Assembly (NCBI GenBank): GCA_046314355.1
Contig: JBKBWQ010000001.1
Span: forward strand, 704,001-768,000
Length of the DNA stretch: 64,000 nucleotides
Reading direction: 5' to 3'
Source of the DNA: Candidatus Altimarinota bacterium
Lineage (GTDB): Bacteria > Patescibacteriota > Gracilibacteria > 1-14-2-50-48-13
The position numbers and the translations under genes are program-made. Shown here piece by piece: positions 39,177 through 46,931 of the stretch (position 1 is the stretch's first letter; every line of letters begins with the position of its first letter). A model generated the notes under the pieces. That model did no database searches, was not told where the DNA came from, and worked only from the letters and a program-made list of their open reading frames with translations.

Positions 39177-40625
39177 TTACTTTCTCCTTACCTTCGTACC
39201 GTCCTTCCCATCTTCCAGCATGAACCCTTCCTCTTCAATCTGCTTACGGATCTCGTCTGCTTTTCCAAAATCCTTTGCCTGCTTTGCTTTTACACGCTCC
39301 TCCGAGAGAGCAAGAATATGAGACGGCACTTCTACTTCATCCTCTTCCCAAGGGAGCAGAACCTCTACGACACTATCTATTGTTTCAATAAAAGCAAGCG
39401 TTGCATCTGCTTCGGGACCGCTTACATTATCGTGATCCATCATACTATTTACCACACGCATAAATTCGAAATACTCACTGAAGAAAAGCGGTGTATTAAA
39501 ATCTGCCTCGAGAGCTTCTACCATTTTTCCAAGTGTCTCATTGAGAAGTGTAGAAAAAGTCTTCGTGACTTCTCCCCCATCTGGGATATCTTCAACTCTT
39601 TCAAGAAAACGGTCAAAACTTGCAATCATAGTCTTTGACTGTTCCATAGATTTCCATGAAAAATCCATAGAGCTTCTATAATGCGCCATAAGACACATCA
39701 GTCTATACGTACGAAGAGTGTACCCTTTTGCTTGAATGTCCTTTGGTACAATAATATTTCCCTTACTTTTAGACATCTTTTCTCCATCCACAGTCATATG
39801 TCCTGCATGAGTCCAATATTTTACAAAAGGTTTCTTCTTATTTGCTCCTTCGCTCTGCGCGATCTCACATTCATGATGAGGAAATTTATTATCTACTGCA
39901 CCACCATGGATATCAAGCTGATCACCTAAATATTTCTTAGCCATGGCTGAACATTCAATATGCCATCCTGGATATCCTCTTCCCCACGGACTGTCCCACA
40001 TCATAGTCTGCTCTTTACCTACCACCCATAGTACAAAGTCATGCTGAGAATGTTTCTCCTCTCTTTCTTCTACACGTCCGCTTGCATGTGCCTGAAGTTC
40101 CTTCAATGTATTTCCTGAAAGATCTCCATACTTAGGAAAGCTCTTTATATCATAATATACTCCAGTCTCAGTGACATATGCATGTCCCTTTTCGATAAGA
40201 ATCTGGATCATTTCAATCATTTCCTGAATATGATCTGTTGCCCGCGTAATATGATCTGCATGATCAATATGCAGCGTATCTAAAGTAGAAAGAAAATCTT
40301 CTTCGTAGAATTTCGCAATATCCCAAACTGTTTTATTCTCGCGCTTAGCTGCTTTCTCCATCTTATCCTCCCCAAGATCACTTGCAAGGATATCATCGTC
40401 CGTAAGATGCCCTACATCAGTGATATTCATCACATGAGTCACTCTATAATCCAAAAAAATCAAAGTCCTACGCACAAGGTCCCAGGATAGATATGTTCTA
40501 TAGTTTCCAATATGAGGAAAACCATACACCGTAGGTCCGCAAGTATAAATCTTTACTTCCCTATCACGTAAAGGTTTAAAACGTTCAATTGTTTTGCTAA
40601 GTGAAGAGTAAAGCTCTAGAGCCAT
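39177..40625 (-). CDS. cysS: Cysteine--tRNA ligase
   Basis: YTCGPTVY, HIGN, GYPGWHIECSAM, DIHGG, KMSKS. Confidence 0.98.
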   Translation of the reverse strand: MALELYSSLSKTIERFKPLRDREVKIYTCGPTVYGFPHIGNYRTYLSWDLVRRTLIFLDYRVTHVMNITDVGHLTDDDILASDLGEDKMEKAAKRENKTVWDIAKFYEEDFLSTLDTLHIDHADHITRATDHIQEMIEMIQILIEKGHAYVTETGVYYDIKSFPKYGDLSGNTLKELQAHASGRVEEREEKHSQHDFVLWVVGKEQTMMWDSPWGRGYPGWHIECSAMAKKYLGDQLDIHGGAVDNKFPHHECEIAQSEGANKKKPFVKYWTHAGHMTVDGEKMSKSKGNIIVPKDIQAKGYTLRTYRLMCLMAHYRSSMDFSWKSMEQSKTMIASFDRFLERVEDIPDGGEVTKTFSTLLNETLGKMVEALEADFNTPLFFSEYFEFMRVVNSMMDHDNVSGPEADATLAFIETIDSVVEVLLPWEEDEVEVPSHILALSEERVKAKQAKDFGKADEIRKQIEEEGFMLEDGKDGTKVRRK

Positions 40626-40692
40626 AGTGCCTGCGTAAGAAATAATACGTGGTCTATTGTATAGGAAGGAGAGGAAGGAGTAAATGAAAGAA

Positions 40693-40814
40693 GTAATTGA
40701 GTAATTAAGTAATTAAGTAATTGGACTCAATAACTGGGCACTATAATTGGGCTGCAATAATTGAGCTCAATTATTGAGTCCAATGATAAGAGCCCAATAA
40801 TGTGCCCCAATTAC
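40693..40814. repeat. Modular palindromic intergenic element, copy C
   Basis: Core TAATTGAGCTCAATTA at 40758-40773, preceded by GTAATTRA octamers and GGACTC/GGGCAC/GGGCTGC units. Confidence 0.9.
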
Positions 40815-40885
40815 TTCATTACTTTCTTTCTCTTACAAAAAAACCGCCTCAGCATTTCTGCTAAGACGGTTTCTTCTAAACACTA

Positions 40886-42700
40886 TTATCCTTGTGCTTC
40901 CGCTGTATCCTTAAGATACATGATTGGAGGATTCTCCGGCATAATAAATGCATCATCTTTGATTGTAGGAACTACAACCTTTACTTCCTGGGCTGGTGCA
41001 GTACTTCCCGCTGGTGTTGGGAATGTACCTGTAAATACAACTGCAGGAACGAAGAATTCATTTGGTGCTGTATAATAATCATTTCTACTATACTGTCGTA
41101 CAAGTACCTCTGCCTGCTCTGCTCTTGTAAGTGTTACTGTGATGTCAGCAGGTAGAGATGGAGGTGTTACTGTTCCGCCGTCAGCTGCAGGCATTGTAGT
41201 AGCATCCGGGGTACCATAGTAATAGTATGGTACATACGGCATATGGAGACCACCCTTAAGCGCTCCTGCTACGATTTCATTCCAAGATTTTGTATCATAG
41301 TTGGATGCAATTACTTCCTTATTTATCATTCCATTTACTGAATTAACTTTCATAGTAGCTGCGTTGATACCTACTGTGATCGCACTATCATAATATCCCC
41401 ACTCAGACATTACTTTCTTTCCGTCAATCATACGAGGAAAGTTTACAGTGTAATACTGTGGGAATGGATACTCTTCATTGGAGTTGTAAGGAATATAGTT
41501 CTTCCAGCTCATATCGACTTCTCCTGGAGCATATCCCTCGAGACTTACACCTTTCTGTGCAAGGAAATTCTGAGCTAACTGCGCAAGAGCAGCCGCGTTT
41601 GGTTCAGTCTTTAGACCATATACCTCTGGCGTATTCTGGATTGTCATCTTAGTCCAGTCTTCATACATGGAATAGTTTGCATTTGAAAGGTCAAGGTAGT
41701 ACTGATATCCACCTGTTACACCATCAGAGAAACTAATATTATTTACTTCAAGAGAAGAGTTTCCTCCAAAGAATTTAACAAACTCCTTAGGGACAATATC
41801 CTGGAGTTTGGAAGTCATGATCATCTGAACAGACTTTGGTATTGACTTATAAACCGGCATAGAAGCTGGGATATCCGTAAGTGCAGCACCGCTGAATGTA
41901 AATGTAATATTTGTCTGAGGTTCTGGCGCTCGTATCTTATCAATCATGTTTGCACCACTCTCAGTAAGTGGAGCGGAACCATCGACAGAAAGTCCTCCCC
42001 CTGCCCCCATACCACCTCCAGATTGAGATCTCTCAGGATTTTCTCCAAGAGCGATTTTTCCAAAAGCCTGGTTAGGCATAGTATTCAATGCATTTACATA
42101 TGAATAGACAATCTCTGCAGTCTCAGCTCGAGTGAGTTCCTTGTTTGGATTGAAAGAAATACCTGCAGGAATCAAGAATGTAGTAGATGCCCATTTTACT
42201 GCTGGATAAGACCAGTCGCTTGGCTGAACATCATTAAAGGAAATACTCTCTCTACTAGCTGTAAGTTCTGTACCAAGTAATGCGTAATGCATTCTGAAAA
42301 GCATAGTAAGAAACTCTGCCTTTGTTACATTATTACCAAGCTTGATCGTGTTATCACCGTATCCTTTGATAATACCAAAAGATGCTCCAGCTTTTAGATA
42401 TGGAGTATACCAATCCTCACCAGAGATATCAGCAAAGTTAAGCTCAATATCTTTTACCTGAGTCTCTTTAAATACTTGAGATGCTTTTAGAATAAGCTTC
42501 AAAGCTTCAGCACGGTTTAGGTTACTGTCCGGACGGAATAAGTTTGCGTTATTTTGAGAGACAATCTGTTTCTGCATCAAAACTTCTAATTTTGCAGAGA
42601 GACTTGTGTCTACATCTGTAAAAGCTGCAGATGCAAACGGCAGCATACTTGCCTGAATGGCAAAGATGGCAACCCCTGCGATACTTTTTCTATACTTCAT
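40886..42700 (-). CDS. SLH-domain surface protein
   Basis: Signal peptide; three SLH repeats (FRPDSNLNRAE, GYGDNT...VTKAE, FNPNKELTRAE); long unknown C-terminal region. Confidence 0.85.
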   Translation of the reverse strand: MKYRKSIAGVAIFAIQASMLPFASAAFTDVDTSLSAKLEVLMQKQIVSQNNANLFRPDSNLNRAEALKLILKASQVFKETQVKDIELNFADISGEDWYTPYLKAGASFGIIKGYGDNTIKLGNNVTKAEFLTMLFRMHYALLGTELTASRESISFNDVQPSDWSYPAVKWASTTFLIPAGISFNPNKELTRAETAEIVYSYVNALNTMPNQAFGKIALGENPERSQSGGGMGAGGGLSVDGSAPLTESGANMIDKIRAPEPQTNITFTFSGAALTDIPASMPVYKSIPKSVQMIMTSKLQDIVPKEFVKFFGGNSSLEVNNISFSDGVTGGYQYYLDLSNANYSMYEDWTKMTIQNTPEVYGLKTEPNAAALAQLAQNFLAQKGVSLEGYAPGEVDMSWKNYIPYNSNEEYPFPQYYTVNFPRMIDGKKVMSEWGYYDSAITVGINAATMKVNSVNGMINKEVIASNYDTKSWNEIVAGALKGGLHMPYVPYYYYGTPDATTMPAADGGTVTPPSLPADITVTLTRAEQAEVLVRQYSRNDYYTAPNEFFVPAVVFTGTFPTPAGSTAPAQEVKVVVPTIKDDAFIMPENPPIMYLKDTAEAQG

Positions 42701-42764
42701 ATCGATATAAGTTAAGTGGATAGATTACACTTAAAAATACACCATTTCCAATAAATTTGCAACG

Positions 42765-43238
42765 TTATGGACGTGCACATCTTAGACATATATGCCTAAT
42801 CCTATAATCCATAAATACCACTGCTCCTAAAAGACAAAGAAGACTAAGTCCCTGCAGCACTCCAATATATGGAGATAAAAATTGGAGATTCACTGCAAGA
42901 CCAAAAAATACTAATATGCCAAGATTGCACACTGGACATAAAAGTACGAGAATACTGAGTACAAGCCCGACGCCTGAGAGAGATGCTTCCCTTTTAAGTA
43001 CTGTTTCCTTTGCCTCACCTATAAGATATGCAAACCCAGTGAGTATTAATGCAAATAAACATCCTGCACTACCGGCAAAAATAATATCTGTCGTACTGGG
43101 AGAGAGTGCCTGCATACTTTTAATATGTAAAAACGGCAGCTCAAATGCTCCTATTTGCCATAAAAGCACTACTTCCATACAGCACAGAAGCAGAAAGAAC
43201 AACATCAGAAACCTTGGATTTTTTAAAATTGAAAACAT
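42765..43238 (-). CDS. Membrane protein with CPxC motif
   Basis: Four TM helices; LCPVC and C-terminal CLRC. Confidence 0.6.
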   Translation of the reverse strand: MFSILKNPRFLMLFFLLLCCMEVVLLWQIGAFELPFLHIKSMQALSPSTTDIIFAGSAGCLFALILTGFAYLIGEAKETVLKREASLSGVGLVLSILVLLCPVCNLGILVFFGLAVNLQFLSPYIGVLQGLSLLCLLGAVVFMDYRIRHICLRCARP

Positions 43239-43362
43239 ATACTACTGAATGATAAAGCTATTCTCCGGCATAATACATGCACTCGGAGCAGAAAATCCGA
43301 ACTGTAACACATAAAGTACAGCAAAAAGCAGTATAGGAAAAAGAAGTACTAGAAATATATGC

Positions 43363-43611
43363 TTATTTTTCATGTGTGTCATCTGTAGGACTAGTATTGA
43401 GCTTATATACCCAATGAAGTAGAGAGCATCCTACGAATGCTTCAAGCACCATAGAATAACTTGCCACAAGTATACTCCAAAATATAAATGGAGGTATATA
43501 GTCGATCAAGAAAAGAACAATAGTATTAATTGCAATACCAGTTCCAGCTCTAATAGCTCTACTTTTCCAGCCTATTCGACAGGCAATGAATCTATTAAAA
43601 TATCGTATCAT
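43363..43611 (-). CDS. Small membrane protein (YgaP/DUF2892-like)
   Basis: IGWKSRAIRAGTG...EAFVGCSLL two-TM pattern. Confidence 0.45.
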   Translation of the reverse strand: MIRYFNRFIACRIGWKSRAIRAGTGIAINTIVLFLIDYIPPFIFWSILVASYSMVLEAFVGCSLLHWVYKLNTSPTDDTHEK

Positions 43612-43682
43612 TGTAATTGTTAGCTCTAACTTTAGAATTATACCATATTTTCCTAGCTATTTGGATAATTTTCATAATTCTC

Positions 43683-43713
43683 TTTACCCTCACGTTAGGT
43701 AAGACTATATAGT
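43683..43713 (+). promoter_or_regulatory. MerR-type promoter with 19-bp spacer and TipA/Mta-like operator
   Basis: TTTACC-19 nt (CTCACGTTAGGTAAGACTA)-TATAGT directly upstream of the MerR gene. Confidence 0.7.
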
Positions 43714-43744
43714 CCTTACGTAGCTACATTTTACACACTTTATT

Positions 43745-44467
43745 ATGGAAAGCTGGAATATTGGTACCCTCGCAAAAATACTTGGGATCTCGGTACGTAC
43801 TCTTCATCACTATGAACAGATCGGTCTTCTCTCCTCTACCAAACGCGGACAGAATAATTACCGAATTTATAACAAAGAGAATCTTGCCGAGCTCCAGAAG
43901 ATTATATGTCTTAAATACCTTGGCTATAGTCTTAAAGATATAAAAAGTATGCTGCAGGATACCCGTCATACTCCTCTTGCCATAATAGATACTTCCTTGG
44001 AGAAAGTAGAGAAAGAGATCAGCGTACGGAAAGAGCTGTCTTTAAAGCTCTCACATCTCAAACGGTTTATGCAGCAGCATCAAGATATTTCTCCGGAAGA
44101 GTTTATCTCATTTATTTATTTTATGAATACTATGCAGGATCATTACACAGAAGAAGAAATGGACTTCTTTGAAAAGCGCAGAAAGGAAGTAGGAGAAGAA
44201 CGCATCAAAGAGGTTGAAAATGCGTGGCCAATACTCATACAAAAAGTCAAAGATGCTATGAAGAAAGGTCTAGATCCGAAGGATCCTTATGTGCAGACAC
44301 TAGCTACGCAGTGGAAAGGACTTGTTGCGGAATTTACAGGCGGCAATATACAGATAGAGAACAAAGTTAAAAATCTCTATGAAAAAAGCTATGAGCAGAA
44401 TACTCAAGTGTATGAAGGTGCCCCTACGAAGGAGATGATGGAATTTATCGGGAAAGCGATGCAGTAA
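43745..44467 (+). CDS. MerR-family regulator with TipAS-like effector domain
   Basis: IGTLAKILGISVRTLHHYEQIGLL...NYRIY; C-terminal DPKDPYVQTLATQW...FTGG. Confidence 0.9.
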   Translation: MESWNIGTLAKILGISVRTLHHYEQIGLLSSTKRGQNNYRIYNKENLAELQKIICLKYLGYSLKDIKSMLQDTRHTPLAIIDTSLEKVEKEISVRKELSLKLSHLKRFMQQHQDISPEEFISFIYFMNTMQDHYTEEEMDFFEKRRKEVGEERIKEVENAWPILIQKVKDAMKKGLDPKDPYVQTLATQWKGLVAEFTGGNIQIENKVKNLYEKSYEQNTQVYEGAPTKEMMEFIGKAMQ

Positions 44468-44517
44468 GAAGTTTATGAAAGACTCTTTAGAATTCTAAAG
44501 AGTCTTTCATAAACTTC
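44468..44517. repeat. Perfect 50-bp palindrome at terminator position
   Basis: GAAGTTTATGAAAGACTCTTTAGAA|TTCTAAAGAGTCTTTCATAAACTTC. Confidence 0.9.
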
Positions 44518-44549
44518 ACTATAACAAATTGAAGTGGTGAATATTACAT

Positions 44550-45020
44550 TTATTTATTACTTTTTCTTGAATGATACAAAATATAAAGAAATACTATTAT
44601 TAAAATATCACATAATATGACTATTAATAATGAGCATATTTGACCTAGAACAAGATAATAACTTAAGACCCAAACTATAGTAAAAATTCCAAAGTTATAG
44701 AAATATGCTTCTCTTCCTTCTAGAATGTGCTTTTCTCGTTTAGGTAATTTTTCATTACCAAGTATTGCTTTTAGAAATATATTAAGACCAGCACTTAACA
44801 TTACTAAATAGTGCCAGAGTACAATTGGTAATAAATTCAAGATAGCAATCAATATTAATCTCAATTTTTCTGCTGGAATAGGAAGTAATGCATTATTAAG
44901 CGATGCAAGTCCAGTAAGACCAGCAAGCAAGCTTATTGAAATAATAATAGTCCTATTTCTTTCTGACATTAGCTCAAATATCTTATCTAAAAAAATTTCA
45001 CTTCTTTTATTATCAGCCAT
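44550..45020 (-). CDS. Hypothetical membrane protein (very AT-rich)
   Basis: 156-aa ORF with 3-4 TM helices. Confidence 0.55.
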   Translation of the reverse strand: MADNKRSEIFLDKIFELMSERNRTIIISISLLAGLTGLASLNNALLPIPAEKLRLILIAILNLLPIVLWHYLVMLSAGLNIFLKAILGNEKLPKREKHILEGREAYFYNFGIFTIVWVLSYYLVLGQICSLLIVILCDILIIVFLYILYHSRKSNK

Positions 45021-45060
45021 AGAGATTATTAAGTATAAAAAAAGTTGTTTCTAATTACTC

Positions 45061-45573
45061 TTATACATGTACTAATTCTTTAAAAGCAACAATAAGAGAC
45101 ACAAGCAGAATATTCAGCGCCCCCACCTTCAATGCGCCAAGTCTTGTTCGACCACTCCTTCTTCCATAGAGATATCCATATTCGAACAAGAGTATAAAAG
45201 AAGCAACCTTTGCGATCATAAATGCTGTCGAAAGTGTCCAAAGACCTAACCCTGCAGCAACAAAAGCAAACAACGGTATAGATGACCCACCGAATACATA
45301 TAAACTTTCCTTAAATATTTTATGACGTTCATGATCTTGAATAGGCGTTTTTTTATCAATATGTACACCTATTGATTCGGTATATGCTTCAGCAATGCTT
45401 ATAGAAAATAAGGTCGCAACAATCGAAAGAGCGACCGCCCAAGCACTCGCACTACTATTTTCAAGTGCTGCGAGAAGAGCCATCGTGATAATAATACCGT
45501 ACATAGAACGGGAGATGACACGACCGATGAGAGTAGGTTGCATAAGTGGTATTGAAATTGTAGTTAAAACCAT
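45061..45573 (-). CDS. VIT1/CCC1-like membrane protein
   Basis: Five-TM pattern; YGIIITMA...AEAYTE...G.LYGRRSG. Confidence 0.55.
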   Translation of the reverse strand: MVLTTISIPLMQPTLIGRVISRSMYGIIITMALLAALENSSASAWAVALSIVATLFSISIAEAYTESIGVHIDKKTPIQDHERHKIFKESLYVFGGSSIPLFAFVAAGLGLWTLSTAFMIAKVASFILLFEYGYLYGRRSGRTRLGALKVGALNILLVSLIVAFKELVHV

Positions 45574-45610
45574 TTTATACTGTTCAGATGATCAGCCAAG
45601 ATAATCATTT

Positions 45611-45964
45611 CTACTTTCTTAAAAGTAGTTCTTTAATGAGTACTGAAAGCAATCTGGAAACTTGCTCTAAACTATTTTTTAAATATGATATCTGCTCAAT
45701 CGAAACAATACTTGTATCTTGAATAAGATCTAGAAGACTTGCACATTCGTAAGTAGAGCCGCGAGCAATAACATAAAAGTTTTTTCTATCATTCGGAGAT
45801 AATTTTCCAGTACCTTCAGCAATATTAATCACCATGCTTACTAATGCTCTTTGAAGTTGATCACGTATAATTGGCGTAAGCTTATAAAAAGGGATCTTAT
45901 TTTGAATAACTTGATAGGTTTCTCTCGCCTTCTTATATGCAATAAGTTTCTCAAAATCAAACAT
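45611..45964 (-). CDS. Four helix bundle protein (23S rRNA IVP/Avd-like family)
   Basis: FEKLIAYKKA, DQLQRA..S...NIAEG, FYVIARGS..EC. Confidence 0.9.
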   Translation of the reverse strand: MFDFEKLIAYKKARETYQVIQNKIPFYKLTPIIRDQLQRALVSMVINIAEGTGKLSPNDRKNFYVIARGSTYECASLLDLIQDTSIVSIEQISYLKNSLEQVSRLLSVLIKELLLRK

Positions 45965-46127
45965 AGCATCAAATATAATTTATATTAAAACTATGCTCCC
46001 ACTTTTTTATGAGACAAATATATTATTCAACTACTGTTCGTAAAAAATAACTACAAGTGTAAAACTTGATTCTACTAGTGACTAGATTCTAGTGACAGTC
46101 ACTAGTTACTAGTCCAGCTTCGCTGGA

Positions 46128-46203
46128 TGGTCGGGAAGACAGGACTCGAACCTGCAGCCCCGTGGTCCCAAACCACGTGCGCTACCAATTGCGCTACTTC
46201 CCG
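46128..46203 (-). tRNA. tRNA-Pro(TGG)
   Basis: CGGGAAGTAGCGCAATTGGTAGCGCACGTGGTT-TGG-GACCACG...GGTTCGAGTCC...CTTCCCGACCA. Confidence 0.96.
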
Positions 46204-46384
46204 AGAAATCTGTAACGTACAGACGTTGCGTATAGTAGCGAGCTTTAAGAAAGAAATCAAGGTGATTTCAGTGTTTTTTCAAAAAGCCGTACTTCCCCGC
46301 TCTATTATTATTTTCAAAAATAGAAATTTGACTGTTTATTTTTTTAAGGTTAAGATAGTTAATCTACTTTTTAAAACAATCTCT

Positions 46385-46879
46385 ATGGATGCAATTACAC
46401 TTCTCAAAGCAGATCACGATAAGGTAGCTGATCTTCTCGATAAGGCAGATAAGACTACAGAAAATGGTGTAAAAACCCGAGAGGAACTTTTTTTGAAGAT
46501 TATCCAGGAACTTACACTTCATGCAAAAGTAGAAGAGGATATACTCTATCCAAAACTACTCAAGATAAAAGAAATGGAGGATCTTTCGAGAGAAGCAACA
46601 GAAGAACATCATGAAGTAAAATTCATGCTGAAAGAACTCGATGAACTTCCAAAAGATCATCCTCAATGGGGAGCAAAACTTACTGTGCTGAAAGAAAATA
46701 TCACTCATCATGTAAAGGAAGAGGAGAAAGAAATGTTTCCGCAGATGAAATCTTACTTCTCAAAGGAGCAGCTTGAAGAAATGGGAGCTGCCATGGAAGA
46801 GGAAAAGAAAATGCTAAAACCGCGGGTGGAGGAAGAAATCGAAGTAATGAAGCAGCAGGCAATGACAAAAGCAGAATAA
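46385..46879 (+). CDS. Hemerythrin-domain protein
   Basis: DAITLLKADH, HAKVEEDILYP, EEHHEV, HHVKEEE; start at ATG 46385 because the ORF-track extension overlaps the tRNA. Confidence 0.9.
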   Translation: MDAITLLKADHDKVADLLDKADKTTENGVKTREELFLKIIQELTLHAKVEEDILYPKLLKIKEMEDLSREATEEHHEVKFMLKELDELPKDHPQWGAKLTVLKENITHHVKEEEKEMFPQMKSYFSKEQLEEMGAAMEEEKKMLKPRVEEEIEVMKQQAMTKAE

Positions 46880-46887
46880 TGCGATTT

Positions 46888-46926
46888 TAAAAAAGAGATA
46901 CACCTGATGGTGTATCTCTTTTTTAT
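46888..46926. terminator. Bidirectional terminator
   Basis: TAAAAAAGAGATACACC-TGAT-GGTGTATCTCTTTTTTA. Confidence 0.85.
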
Positions 46927-46931
46927 ACAGC

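Noticed and set aside
39021-39638. 205-aa plus-strand ORF and similar shadow ORFs (e.g. 27807-28373, 2663-3106, 57796-58182)
   Set aside because: They are antisense or out-of-frame overlaps of well-supported genes, with atypical composition and no motifs.
45611-45964. Diversity-generating retroelement (Avd-like gene)
   Set aside because: No reverse transcriptase and no template/variable repeat pair differing at adenines was seen in the window.
17743-46203. Integrated element bounded by tRNA 3'-end duplications (attL/attR)
   Set aside because: I found no second copy of the 3' end of tRNA-Asn, -Leu or -Pro by eye, and no integrase is present.
46127-46384. N-terminal extension of the hemerythrin ORF (250-aa call)
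   Set aside because: It is the antisense reading of tRNA-Pro and intergenic DNA; the domain starts at ATG 46385.
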